DNA from: Chitinophaga pinensis
Lineage (GTDB): Bacteria > Bacteroidota > Bacteroidia > UKL13-3
NCBI GenBank assembly: GCA_945861965.1
Contig: CAMAWM010000010.1
Coordinates: forward strand, 996 to 64,995
DNA length: 64,000 bases
Direction: 5' to 3'
This document shows positions 19,809-29,950 of this stretch, one piece after another. A program made the position numbers and the translations under genes. The notes under the pieces are model-generated. The model was not told the DNA's origin. It saw only the letters and a program-made list of their open reading frames with translations, and did not search any database. Position 1 is the first letter of the stretch. Each line of letters opens with the position of its first letter.

Positions 19809-22793
19809 ATGAACCTGAAAATAAAAACAGTAGTCCTTGTTTTTTTGTTAGTCAATGCCAGTAATTTACTAGCACAAAACGGCACTGCCTACTCACAAGT
19901 CAACACAAATTTTATTCAAGCTAAATCGGCTGAAATTACTGGCAACATTAAAGGAAGTGTAATTGATAGCAAAACAGGCGAAGCATTAATTGGCGCAACC
20001 GTTTTGATTGAAGGAACTCAAATTGCAGTGTTTACAGATATTGAAGGAAAATTTTCAATGAATAAAGTTCAATTAGGCGTTTACAATTTGAGTATTTCGC
20101 ACATTAAATACGAAAAAAAAGTAATAAGCGGAGTTGATGTAAAGCCAAAAGAAGTAACCTCAGTAAATATTTTATTGGAAGAAAAAACAAAGCAACTCAA
20201 CAATGTTGTTATCAAAGCAGAATTGAAAAAAGAAACAGCAGCTGCATTGTTGCTTACGCAAAAAAAGAATGTTTCAATATCGGATGGCGTATCGGCCGAT
20301 ATGATTAAAAAAACACCTGATGCTACAACCAGTGATGTAATGAAACGCGTAAGCGGAACAAGTATTCAGGATAATAAATTTGCAATTATTCGCGGATTGA
20401 ATGACCGATACAACACAGCGTATATTAATGGTGCGCCATTGCCAAGTACCGAATCGGATAGAAAAGCTTTTTCGTTTGATATTTTTCCGTCAAACATGTT
20501 GGATAATATGGTGATTACAAAAACAGCATCGCCAGATTTGCCAGGTGATTTTGCTGGAGGGCTGATTACAATAAACACAAAAGACATTCCGGATAAACGA
20601 TTTATTTCATTGTCTAATGGATTAAGTACACACAGCATCACCACAGGAAAAGCAGGTTTATTGCAAGAAGGTGGAAAAACAGATTGGCTTGGAATTGACG
20701 ATGGAACTCGTGCATTGCCAAATGGAATTCCAGACAGACTTGCCTACGAACAAGCCGATAACGCAACAAAATACAACAGTAGTTTAAAGTTTAATGACAA
20801 CTGGAAAACAGAAAAAATCGCTTCCATTCCATTAAATTCTTCATTTCAACTTTCGGGAGGAAACAGCTATAAATTAAGCAAAAAAAATAGTTTCGGTTTT
20901 ATTCTTTCAGCATCGTACAACAACAGCAATCGTAATTCTTATGTTGAAAGAAACCGATTTAATAAACCAATTTCAGTTCCAGACAACCAACTTTTAAGTA
21001 GTTTTACTGACAGTATTTATAAGAATGAAATATTGATTGGATTAATGGCAAACGCTGGATTTAAAATTGGAAGCAACAATAAATTCAGTTTTAAAAATGC
21101 AGTAACCATAAATACCGAAAATGAAATAATTAATCGTGGAGGTTTTGCTGATTTTTTAGATCAAAGTTCAAATCCAATTGTACGAAATACATATTTTATT
21201 TATCAGGAAAACAGACTTTATACAAGCCAATTAATAGGCAATCATTATTTGCCAAAAATCAATCTTAAAATAAACTGGATATTGAACAACAATATTATTA
21301 AACGCGATATGCCAGATTTCAAAAGGTTTTCGACAAGGGCAACAATAACCGATGTAAACACAGGCGAATACTCGCCATTTGCTGCGCAAATTGGTCCTGG
21401 CGTTGATATTACACAAACAGGAAGATTTTATTCAAGCTTAGATGAAAGCATAAAAAGTGCAGGTGTTGATTTTCAAAAACCAATCAAATCTTTTTTAGAT
21501 GGAAAGATAAAAACTGAAATAAAAACTGGCGCATTTACACAATCTCGTACTCGCGATTTTCAAGCAAGAGTTTTTGGATACAAGTTAAAACAAGTTAACA
21601 ATCCGACTAACGCATACAATTACCAAAAATATATTCAAACACCACTTGATCAAATTTTTAGTAAAAGTAAGTTGGCTCAAGATACACTTTACATTGACGA
21701 AAGAATTAATCCGCAGGATGTATACGGTGCTAGTTCAAAACTCAATGCATTTTATTTAATGCTTGACCAAAGATTTTTTGCAAGATTTCGTTTGGCTTAC
21801 GGAGTTAGGGCCGAACAATACAATCAGCAATTGCAATCAAAAGGAGCAACGGGCGAAGCTGTAAATGTAAACACAACCATAACCGATTGGTTGCCTTCGG
21901 CTAATTTTACCTTCGAAATGACAAACAAAATTAATTTGCGTTTGTCGGGCAGTCGTACTGTTGTAAGACCAGAATTTAGAGAGCTTGCACCATTTTCATT
22001 TTACGATTTCAATTTAAATTCTGTAGTTGCCGGAAACCCAAATATTAAAAGAACAAGCATTCAAAATTATGATTTCAGATTTGAATATTATCCTGGCGAA
22101 TCGCAATTAATTTCTGCATCGTTATTCTATAAAAAATTTGACAATGCAATTGAAAGCGTGTATGAATTTATTGGAAGCGATGCAACACTTGGTTACACTA
22201 GCGATGCCAATGCAAAAAATTATGGTGTGGAATTAGAGCTTAGAAAAAATCTTGATTTATTAGACAAAGCATTTTCGACAAAATGGATTAAGAAATTTTC
22301 GATAACATGCAATTATGCCTACATCTTTTCGGAAGTAACATTGGATAAACAAATTGCATTAAGCCAATTTGGAACTCGTCCATTGCAAGGTCAATCGCCC
22401 TATATTGTAAATGCAAGCTTTCAGTTTTATGATCCTAAAACCAGAGTGTCGGCAGCGCTGTTTGTAAACCAAGTGGGAAGAAGAATTGCTTACGCTAGAG
22501 AAAAAAATGGATTGGTTCCAGATCTTTGGGAAAACCCAAGAACAGTAATCGACTTTAGCATTTCAAGTCCAATTTACAAAGGACTTGAAGCCAAATTTTC
22601 AATTGGCGATTTGTTAGCTCAAGATTTGATTTTTTATCAAGACAATAATAACAACGGAAAGTACGATGAAGTGTCAAATGCAAAAATGCTTGATCCAACT
22701 ATTTTGACTTCCGAAAAATCAACTTTTGACAACACGGTTTTCAAACATAAGAAAGGATACACCATTTCTTTCGGGTTAAGTTATAAATTTTAG
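19809..22793 (+). CDS. TonB-dependent receptor with an N-terminal carboxypeptidase-regulatory-like domain
   Basis: 994 aa with a signal peptide, a CarbopepD_reg-like segment (GSVIDSKTGEALIGATVLIEGT), a plug region (IIRGLNDRYN) and a long barrel ending in ...LSYKF. Confidence 0.85.
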   Translation: MNLKIKTVVLVFLLVNASNLLAQNGTAYSQVNTNFIQAKSAEITGNIKGSVIDSKTGEALIGATVLIEGTQIAVFTDIEGKFSMNKVQLGVYNLSISHIKYEKKVISGVDVKPKEVTSVNILLEEKTKQLNNVVIKAELKKETAAALLLTQKKNVSISDGVSADMIKKTPDATTSDVMKRVSGTSIQDNKFAIIRGLNDRYNTAYINGAPLPSTESDRKAFSFDIFPSNMLDNMVITKTASPDLPGDFAGGLITINTKDIPDKRFISLSNGLSTHSITTGKAGLLQEGGKTDWLGIDDGTRALPNGIPDRLAYEQADNATKYNSSLKFNDNWKTEKIASIPLNSSFQLSGGNSYKLSKKNSFGFILSASYNNSNRNSYVERNRFNKPISVPDNQLLSSFTDSIYKNEILIGLMANAGFKIGSNNKFSFKNAVTINTENEIINRGGFADFLDQSSNPIVRNTYFIYQENRLYTSQLIGNHYLPKINLKINWILNNNIIKRDMPDFKRFSTRATITDVNTGEYSPFAAQIGPGVDITQTGRFYSSLDESIKSAGVDFQKPIKSFLDGKIKTEIKTGAFTQSRTRDFQARVFGYKLKQVNNPTNAYNYQKYIQTPLDQIFSKSKLAQDTLYIDERINPQDVYGASSKLNAFYLMLDQRFFARFRLAYGVRAEQYNQQLQSKGATGEAVNVNTTITDWLPSANFTFEMTNKINLRLSGSRTVVRPEFRELAPFSFYDFNLNSVVAGNPNIKRTSIQNYDFRFEYYPGESQLISASLFYKKFDNAIESVYEFIGSDATLGYTSDANAKNYGVELELRKNLDLLDKAFSTKWIKKFSITCNYAYIFSEVTLDKQIALSQFGTRPLQGQSPYIVNASFQFYDPKTRVSAALFVNQVGRRIAYAREKNGLVPDLWENPRTVIDFSISSPIYKGLEAKFSIGDLLAQDLIFYQDNNNNGKYDEVSNAKMLDPTILTSEKSTFDNTVFKHKKGYTISFGLSYKF

Positions 22794-22818
22794 TAGGGAT
22801 TAGTTAACACGAATGTTA

Positions 22819-22848
22819 AACGGCTTGATTTTATCAAGCCGTTTTTTG
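22819..22848 (+). terminator. rho-independent terminator after the TonB-dependent receptor gene
   Basis: AACGGCTTGAT / ATCAAGCCGTT stem with a 3-nt loop, followed by a T-run. Confidence 0.7.
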
Positions 22849-22949
22849 TTTGTAGTGGCTAAGCTCTTAACCTTAACTTAACTATTTGTTTAAACTAGGA
22901 AAACAAGGCGAGTCTACTTTTGAGCCGTAAAAATTTACAAAAACAACAA

Positions 22950-25900
22950 ATGAAAAAAATAAGTTTATTAATACTGATTAGTTTATTCAGTATCTCACTT
23001 GCATTTTCGCAAAACGCAAGAACCATTTCAGCAGGAAATATAACCTCAAATACAACTTGGTACAGCGATACCATTTACACATTAGATGGGTATGTTTATG
23101 TTAAGAACAATGCAACACTTACCATTCAAGCAGGTACTATTATTAAAGGTGGACTTTCTGCAAGAAAATCAACTTTGATTATAACCCGCAATGGAATGAT
23201 CAATGCACAAGGAACAGAAAACAGTCCAATTGTATTTACCTCGTCTAGCAATGTTGGCTCACGCGCACCTGGCGATTGGGGAGGAATTGTAATTTTAGGA
23301 AAAGCAATAATCAATCGTCCAACAGATTGTTCAACATGCCCTGGAGCAACAGTTGCCGCAGGCGAAACCGGAATACAAAATGCTATTGAAGGCGACTTGG
23401 ATAATACCGGAGGCGATGGCTTGTATGGCGGAACGGATAACAATCACAATGCAGGAATTTTAAGATATGTGAGACTTGAATATGGCGGAGTAGTAATAAC
23501 ACCCGGCAATGAAATTAACGGATTAACCATGGGTGGACTTGGTAAAGCAACTCAAATTGACCATATACAGGTGACTCAGGCAAATGATGACGGATTTGAA
23601 TGGTTTGGGGGAAATGTGGATGGAAAATACCTTGTATCGAACCGCAATATTGATGATGACTTTGACACTGATTTCGGTTTTACCGGAAAAATTCAGTTTG
23701 GAATTTGCATGCGTGATTCAAACTGGTACGATATTGGTTCTGGTCCCACCACCAACGGATTTGAGTCGGATAATGACGGAAGCGGAACCGAAGCACAACC
23801 CTTTACCGACCCAACGTTTTCGAACATGACGATAATAGGTCCATTGGCAAATGGTACGGTTTTAAGTACATCAACCTCATTTCAGAACGGATTGCGCCTG
23901 CGCAGAAATTCAAGCACCTCAGTTTTCAATTCGGTAGTAATGGGCTGGGCTGATGGTTTATTTATAGATGGAGCGCGTAGCGGAAACAAACACCAAAACG
24001 ATACGCTTTTATTTAAGAATAATATTTTAGCCGGAAATCTTCGTGCGGTAAATAATTCTTCGCTGCCAAATGCAGGTTCGGCTCGTACTAAAATTTATTC
24101 TCAGGCAAACGATTCGATACTTTCAGCAAGCGGTGTGTTAACAGCGCCATTTAATTATACCAATCCCAATTATATGCCTGCAACAGGTTCACCGGCTTTA
24201 AGCGGAGCCTCGTTTACAGGCGCTAAAATAAGTGATGCTTTCTTTACCCCTACAAGTTACCGTGGAGCAGTGGGTGGTAGCAACGACTGGACAAAATGCT
24301 GGTGTAACTTCAACCCGCAAAACTCAGCATATACTACTGCACCTGTAAATAATATGCCTATAACTTACGATGCCGGAAAAGATTCTACCATTTGTTCAAG
24401 CAAGTCATTGGTAATCGGACAATCATTAACCGGACCTTATAAATATTCATGGACACCTTCTACCGGGTTGAGTTCGGCAACTGCCGCCCGCCCTACAGCA
24501 AGCCCATCGGTAACAACAAAATACTATGGAACAATTATGGATTCAGTTTCAGGTTGCATGATGATGGACAGCATAACAATTACCGTAACCCCAACCCCTA
24601 CAGCTAATTTTACTTTTGCTGCAGGCAGCGGAGGAACAATTAATTTTACCAACTCATCAACCAATGCAACTACTTATAGTTGGAATTTTGGAAACGGACA
24701 AACATCAACCACAGCAAGCCCAAGTAATACTTACACAGCAAACGGAACGTACAATGTAAGTTTAACAGCAATAAGCGGAACCTGCACCAACTCAATAAAC
24801 AAATTAGTTACTGTTACAGGAGTAAACTCACCTTTTAAAGCAGTAACCGGAGATATTACAGCAAACACTATCTGGTTTCGCGATACCATTTACACCATGA
24901 ACGGATATGTTTATGTTAAAAACGGAGCAACTTTAACCATTCAATCGGGAACAATAATTAAAGGCGGAGCCAACAAAGGCACTTTGATTATTACCCGCAA
25001 CGGAAACATAAATGCAAACGGAACCCGTAACCAGCCTATTGTGTTTACATCAGACAAAGCAATTGGTAGTCGCGCACCTGGCGATTGGGGAGGAATTGTA
25101 ATTTTAGGAAAAGCAATTATTAATCGCCCTACTGATTGTTCAACCTGCCCCGGTGCAACAGTAGCTGCTGGCGAAACCGGAATTCAAAATGCTATTGAAG
25201 GAGATTTGGATAATACCGGTGGTGATGGATTGTATGGTGGAACAGATGACAATCACAATTCAGGAATTATAAGATATGTGCGTATAGAATTTGGCGGAGT
25301 AGTAATAACTCCCGGAAACGAAATCAACGGTTTAACAATGGGCGGAGTTGGTAAATCAACGCAGATTGACCACGTACAGGTTACCCAATCGAATGATGAC
25401 GGATTTGAATGGTTTGGCGGAAATGTGAATGGAAAATATTTGGTATCAAAAGGAAATGTTGACGATGATTTTGATACAGATTTCGGATTCACAGGAAAAA
25501 TACAATTTGGAATTTGTTTAAGGGATTCAAACTGGTACGACATAGGATCAGGACCAACAACCAATGGATTTGAATCAGACAATGACGGAACAGGAACAGA
25601 AGCAAAACCATTTACAGAGCCAACGTTTTCAAACATGACCATAATTGGACCGCTTGCAAATGGTACAGCTTTGAGCACTGCTACATCTTTCCAAAACGGA
25701 GCCCGTATTCGTAGAAATTCAAGCATGTCATTATTTAATTCTATCATTATGGGATGGCCTGATGGTGTATTTATTGATGGTGCAAGAAGCGGAAACAAAC
25801 ATCAAAACGATACGCTATTATTTAAAAATAATATTTTAGCAGGAAACCTTCGAGCAGTAAATAATTCATCGCTTCCAAACGCAAGTGCAGCACGTACTAA

Positions 25901-26954
25901 AATAATGACAAACGCTAACGACACGTTTTCTTCGGCTCTTGGATTGTTGCTAAATGCGTTCAATTATAATTCGCCTGTATTTGCTCCTGCACCTGGTTCA
26001 GCGGCATTGGGCAATGCATCTTTCACGGGTAATAAAATAAACGATGCGTATTTTACACAAACACCTTTTCGTGGTGCAGTTGGGCCAAACCCAGATAGCA
26101 ACTGGACAGATTGCTGGTGTAAATTTAATCCACAACAAGAAAATTACACATCGGCACCAATAAATTATCCATCGCCTTCGGCTGATTTTAATGCCGGTAC
26201 ACCTTCTGGAAGAACTGTAAATTTCTCTAACAACTCAAGCAATGCAACAATGTATTTATGGAATTTTGGAGTAGATGGATTGGATACAGATACTTCAACT
26301 TTGTTAAACCCAAGTTTTAATTTCCCTAAAAACGGGACATACACTGTTACTTTATTAACTCGCAGTGCTTGCGGATTATCTTCAACAAGCAGAACTGTTG
26401 TTGTAAACGATACAAGTTTAAAACCAGTTGCTAATTATACTTATGTTCAAACTTCAACTTCAGGTTCATTGCAATTTACATTTACAAATACAACAGATGA
26501 AAAAGGATTTGCGACTTCGTACAAATGGTATTTTGGCGACACGCAAACTGACACGGCAAAAAATCCAGTTCATACTTATTCTGCTAGAGGAATTTACGAT
26601 GTGAAATTAGTTGCAATGGGATTGAACGGAACAGATTCGATAACAAAATCAATTGTTGCAATTGCAACTTCAGCAAAAGAAGAAGCATCAGTAATTGACA
26701 ACATAACAGTATATCCTAATCCTGCTACTTCAACATTGAATGTAGATTTTGACTTAACATCTCAAAGCAGTTTGCTTATTTCAATGTATGATATAACTGG
26801 AAAACTACTATTGAATGTTACAAACTCAGAATTGTTACAAGCAGGAAATTACACCTTGCCTGTTAACATCAGTTCTTTAAACCAAGGCTTATATCTAATG
26901 CGAATCGAAACTTTAAGAGGTTCAAAGACGGTGCGTATAGTAGTTACAAAATAA
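22950..26954 (+). CDS. large T9SS-secreted multidomain protein: two copies of a ~440-aa uncharacterised module, PKD-like domains and a C-terminal Por/T9SS sorting domain
   Basis: The track ORF starts at a TTG at 22920, but the ATG at 22950 (MKKISLLILISLFSISLAFSQ) gives a clean signal peptide. PKD-like W(N/Y)FG(N/D) segments are present. The C-terminus ITVYPNPATSTLNVDF...RIVVTK is typical of a T9SS CTD. Confidence 0.8.
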   Translation: MKKISLLILISLFSISLAFSQNARTISAGNITSNTTWYSDTIYTLDGYVYVKNNATLTIQAGTIIKGGLSARKSTLIITRNGMINAQGTENSPIVFTSSSNVGSRAPGDWGGIVILGKAIINRPTDCSTCPGATVAAGETGIQNAIEGDLDNTGGDGLYGGTDNNHNAGILRYVRLEYGGVVITPGNEINGLTMGGLGKATQIDHIQVTQANDDGFEWFGGNVDGKYLVSNRNIDDDFDTDFGFTGKIQFGICMRDSNWYDIGSGPTTNGFESDNDGSGTEAQPFTDPTFSNMTIIGPLANGTVLSTSTSFQNGLRLRRNSSTSVFNSVVMGWADGLFIDGARSGNKHQNDTLLFKNNILAGNLRAVNNSSLPNAGSARTKIYSQANDSILSASGVLTAPFNYTNPNYMPATGSPALSGASFTGAKISDAFFTPTSYRGAVGGSNDWTKCWCNFNPQNSAYTTAPVNNMPITYDAGKDSTICSSKSLVIGQSLTGPYKYSWTPSTGLSSATAARPTASPSVTTKYYGTIMDSVSGCMMMDSITITVTPTPTANFTFAAGSGGTINFTNSSTNATTYSWNFGNGQTSTTASPSNTYTANGTYNVSLTAISGTCTNSINKLVTVTGVNSPFKAVTGDITANTIWFRDTIYTMNGYVYVKNGATLTIQSGTIIKGGANKGTLIITRNGNINANGTRNQPIVFTSDKAIGSRAPGDWGGIVILGKAIINRPTDCSTCPGATVAAGETGIQNAIEGDLDNTGGDGLYGGTDDNHNSGIIRYVRIEFGGVVITPGNEINGLTMGGVGKSTQIDHVQVTQSNDDGFEWFGGNVNGKYLVSKGNVDDDFDTDFGFTGKIQFGICLRDSNWYDIGSGPTTNGFESDNDGTGTEAKPFTEPTFSNMTIIGPLANGTALSTATSFQNGARIRRNSSMSLFNSIIMGWPDGVFIDGARSGNKHQNDTLLFKNNILAGNLRAVNNSSLPNASAARTKIMTNANDTFSSALGLLLNAFNYNSPVFAPAPGSAALGNASFTGNKINDAYFTQTPFRGAVGPNPDSNWTDCWCKFNPQQENYTSAPINYPSPSADFNAGTPSGRTVNFSNNSSNATMYLWNFGVDGLDTDTSTLLNPSFNFPKNGTYTVTLLTRSACGLSSTSRTVVVNDTSLKPVANYTYVQTSTSGSLQFTFTNTTDEKGFATSYKWYFGDTQTDTAKNPVHTYSARGIYDVKLVAMGLNGTDSITKSIVAIATSAKEEASVIDNITVYPNPATSTLNVDFDLTSQSSLLISMYDITGKLLLNVTNSELLQAGNYTLPVNISSLNQGLYLMRIETLRGSKTVRIVVTK
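23025..24350 (+). repeat. internal duplication, copy 1 of the ~1.3-kb module
   Basis: ISAGNITSNTTWYSDTIYTLDGYVYVKNNATLTIQAGTIIKGG ... CWCNFNPQNSAYTTAPVN aligns colinearly with copy 2 at a 1815-nt offset. Confidence 0.9.
24840..26165 (+). repeat. internal duplication, copy 2 of the ~1.3-kb module
   Basis: AVTGDITANTIWFRDTIYTMNGYVYVKNGATLTIQSGTIIKGG ... CWCKFNPQQENYTSAPIN. It contains an identical nucleotide run, CGCGCACCTGGCGATTGGGGAGGAATTGTAATTTTAGGAAAAGCAAT, at 23263 and 25072. Confidence 0.9.
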
Positions 26955-26982
26955 ACATAAGCAATAATTGAAATCGCAAACC

Positions 26983-27015
26983 CAGCTCGCTGCAAAGCGA
27001 GCTGTTTTTGTTTTT
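26983..27015 (+). terminator. rho-independent terminator after the T9SS cargo gene
   Basis: CAGCTCGCT (26983-26991) pairs with AGCGAGCTG (26996-27004) around a 4-nt loop, followed by TTTTTGTTTTT. Confidence 0.75.
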
Positions 27016-27054
27016 AGAGGATTTGTAAATTAATTTATCTTCGCCCAAAGTTTT

Positions 27055-28440
27055 ATGGCAAAAGTTAAACCGAGCATACCAAAAGGAACACGAGATTTTG
27101 GTCCGATAGAATTAAAAAAACGCAGCTATATTTTAAACACCATTGAAACGGTATTTAAAAAATACGGCTTTATGCCTATTGAAACGCCATCCATTGAAAA
27201 CCTTTCGACACTTGAAGGAAAGTATGGCGATGAAGGCGATAAATTATTATTTAGAATTTTAAATTCGGGCGATGCCTTTAAAGAAATTCGCGAAAGAAAT
27301 TCGGACGAAAAAATTTCGAATTTCAAATTTCAGAATTCAGATATTAGTGAAAAAGGATTGCGTTACGATTTAACGGTACCATTTGCTCGATATGTTGTTC
27401 AACATCAAAATGAAATTGTGTTTCCATTTAGACGATATCAAATGCAACCCGTTTGGCGTGCCGACAGGCCTCAGAAAAATCGTTATCGAGAATTTTGGCA
27501 ATGCGATGCCGATGTTATTGGAAGCAATAGTTTGTTGAACGAACTGGATTTGATTTTACTATATGACGAAGCGTTTAGAAAATTGCAAATTTCAAAATAC
27601 GAATTGCGAATTAACAACAGAAAAATACTTCAGGGAATTGCAGAAATTATAAAAGGGAAAGAATTTTTGAATTCAATTTCTATTGCCATTGATAAGTTGG
27701 ATAAAATTGGAGAGGATGAAGTTAAAAAAGAATTGATTGAAAATAAATTTACCGAAAACGAATGCACAAATCTTTTTAAGATTTTTAAATTAAATGGAAC
27801 GAATTCCGAAAAACTTTTGTCGCTAAAAAATATTTTATCACAATCGACAGAAGGGTTAAAAGGAATTGAAGAATTAGAATTTGTAATTAATTCACTCAAA
27901 CATTCAAGCACGCAATCGCCAAATCTCAAAATAGATTTAAGCTTAGCGCGTGGATTAGGATATTATACCGGATGTATTTTTGAAGTAACAGCAGGCGAAG
28001 GAACTATAAAAAGCAGCATTGGAGGAGGAGGACGATACGACAATCTTACTGGTATTTTTGGATTGGAAAATATTTCAGGAGTTGGAATTTCATTTGGCTT
28101 AGATAGAATTTACGATGTGATGGACGAGTTGAAATTATTTCCTGAAAACTTAAAAGCAAACAATACAAAATTGATTTTTTGTTATTTTGATGAAGCTTCA
28201 CAAAACTATTGTCTGCAAGCAATAAATAAAGTTCGCAATGGTGGAATTGCATCCGAAATTTATCCTGATATTGTAAAAAAAATTAGCAAGCAATTAGATT
28301 ATGCAAATAAATTAGAAATTCAATTTGCTGCCATTGCAGGCGAAAATGAAATGAAAGAAGGAAAATTTATGTTCAAAGATTTGTTTGCCGGAACACAAGA
28401 ACTTTTGAGTATCGAAAACATAATTGAAAAACTAAAATAA
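27055..28440 (+). CDS. hisS: histidine--tRNA ligase
   Basis: 461 aa with class II aaRS motifs (RYDLTVPFARY, FWQCDADVIG, GGGGRYDNL). Confidence 0.95.
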   Translation: MAKVKPSIPKGTRDFGPIELKKRSYILNTIETVFKKYGFMPIETPSIENLSTLEGKYGDEGDKLLFRILNSGDAFKEIRERNSDEKISNFKFQNSDISEKGLRYDLTVPFARYVVQHQNEIVFPFRRYQMQPVWRADRPQKNRYREFWQCDADVIGSNSLLNELDLILLYDEAFRKLQISKYELRINNRKILQGIAEIIKGKEFLNSISIAIDKLDKIGEDEVKKELIENKFTENECTNLFKIFKLNGTNSEKLLSLKNILSQSTEGLKGIEELEFVINSLKHSSTQSPNLKIDLSLARGLGYYTGCIFEVTAGEGTIKSSIGGGGRYDNLTGIFGLENISGVGISFGLDRIYDVMDELKLFPENLKANNTKLIFCYFDEASQNYCLQAINKVRNGGIASEIYPDIVKKISKQLDYANKLEIQFAAIAGENEMKEGKFMFKDLFAGTQELLSIENIIEKLK

Positions 28441-28474
28441 ATGTCTTTGACTTTAGCCAATCTAAAATCAATTT

Positions 28475-29950
28475 ATGCAAACTTTTGAAATAAATAAAAC
28501 ACTAACATTTGCTGAAATAAAAAGCATTCTTGCCGAGAAAAAACAAGTGCTGTTGAGCAATGAAGCAAAACAATGTATTGTTGAATGTCGTGAGTATTTA
28601 GATAAAAAACTTGCCAATAGCGATGAAGCCATTTATGGAATCAATACAGGTTTTGGCGCATTGCACGATAAAAAAATTCCGACTCAGGATTTAGAAAAAC
28701 TGCAAAAAAATTTATTGCTTTCTCATGCCTGTGGAACCGGAGATTTTGTGCCACATGAAATTGTAAAAATCATGTTGCTTTTAAAAATTCAAAGTCTTTC
28801 GTACGGACATTCTGCTGTTCAATTAGAAACCGTTGAACGTCTGATTTGTTTTTTTAATAACGATATTCTTCCTGTTGTTTACGAACAAGGATCCTTGGGC
28901 GCAAGTGGCGATTTGGCACCTTTGGCGCATTTATGTTTGCCGCTGATTGGCGAGGGAAAAGTTTGGGTAAAAGAAAATTCGCAATTCATAATTTGCAATT
29001 CGCAATCACTAAATCTTAAAGCAATAAATTTAAAAAGCAAAGAAGGTCTGGCATTAATAAACGGAACTCAGTTTATGGCGGCATATGGCGTTTGGTGCTT
29101 GTTGCAAGCCAATCATTTCTCGGACAAGTCAGACGAGATTGCAAGCATTTCATTGGATGCATTTGATTGTAGCATGGATCCCTTTAATAATTTATTGCAT
29201 CAAATTAGGCCTCACAAAGGACAAATTGAAACAGCTCAAAACATTTTAAATAACTTAGAGGGAAGTGAAATGGCGTCAACGAAAAAACACCATGTACAAG
29301 ATCCTTATTCTTTTCGTTGCATACCGCAAGTACACGGTGCAAGCAAAGATGCAATCGAACATGCCGTATCCGTTTTTACAACTGAAATAAATTCTGTTAC
29401 CGATAATCCAACAATTTTTTCGCAAGAAGACACCATTTTATCTGGCGGAAATTTTCACGGTCAAACACTTGCTATGAATTTAGATTTTTTGGCAATTGCA
29501 TTATCCGAACTTGGAAATATTTCGGAACGAAGAACCTACCAATTAATTTCAGGACAAAGAAATTTGCCTGCATTTTTAGTTTTAAATCCAGGATTAAATT
29601 CAGGAATGATGATTCCGCAATACACTGCGGCAAGCATTGTAAGTCAAAACAAACAACTGTGCACTCCCGCTTCGGTTGATAGTATTGTTAGCAGCAACGG
29701 ACAAGAAGATCATGTGAGTATGGGCGCCAATGCCGCTACAAAATGTTTACGAGTTGTAAAAAATCTACAAACAATTTTAGGCATCGAATTGTTGAATGCA
29801 ACTCAAGCAATTGAGTTTCGCAGGCCTTTAAAATCATCATCAAAAAACGAAAAAATTATCACAGCTTACCGCCAACAAATTTCATTTGTAACCGAAGACA
29901 GATTGCTACACGATGACATTGCAAAGAGTGTAGAATTTATTAAAATGTAA
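28475..29950 (+). CDS. hutH: histidine ammonia-lyase
   Basis: 491 aa with the MIO-forming GSLGASGDLAPLAHL motif. Confidence 0.95.
   Translation: MQTFEINKTLTFAEIKSILAEKKQVLLSNEAKQCIVECREYLDKKLANSDEAIYGINTGFGALHDKKIPTQDLEKLQKNLLLSHACGTGDFVPHEIVKIMLLLKIQSLSYGHSAVQLETVERLICFFNNDILPVVYEQGSLGASGDLAPLAHLCLPLIGEGKVWVKENSQFIICNSQSLNLKAINLKSKEGLALINGTQFMAAYGVWCLLQANHFSDKSDEIASISLDAFDCSMDPFNNLLHQIRPHKGQIETAQNILNNLEGSEMASTKKHHVQDPYSFRCIPQVHGASKDAIEHAVSVFTTEINSVTDNPTIFSQEDTILSGGNFHGQTLAMNLDFLAIALSELGNISERRTYQLISGQRNLPAFLVLNPGLNSGMMIPQYTAASIVSQNKQLCTPASVDSIVSSNGQEDHVSMGANAATKCLRVVKNLQTILGIELLNATQAIEFRRPLKSSSKNEKIITAYRQQISFVTEDRLLHDDIAKSVEFIKM

Noticed and set aside
25253-25798. 181-aa minus-strand ORF inside the T9SS cargo gene (also 23126-23443 in copy 1).
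   Set aside because: It is an antisense frame of a G/N/T-rich repeated module and appears in both duplicated copies, as expected for a compositional artefact.
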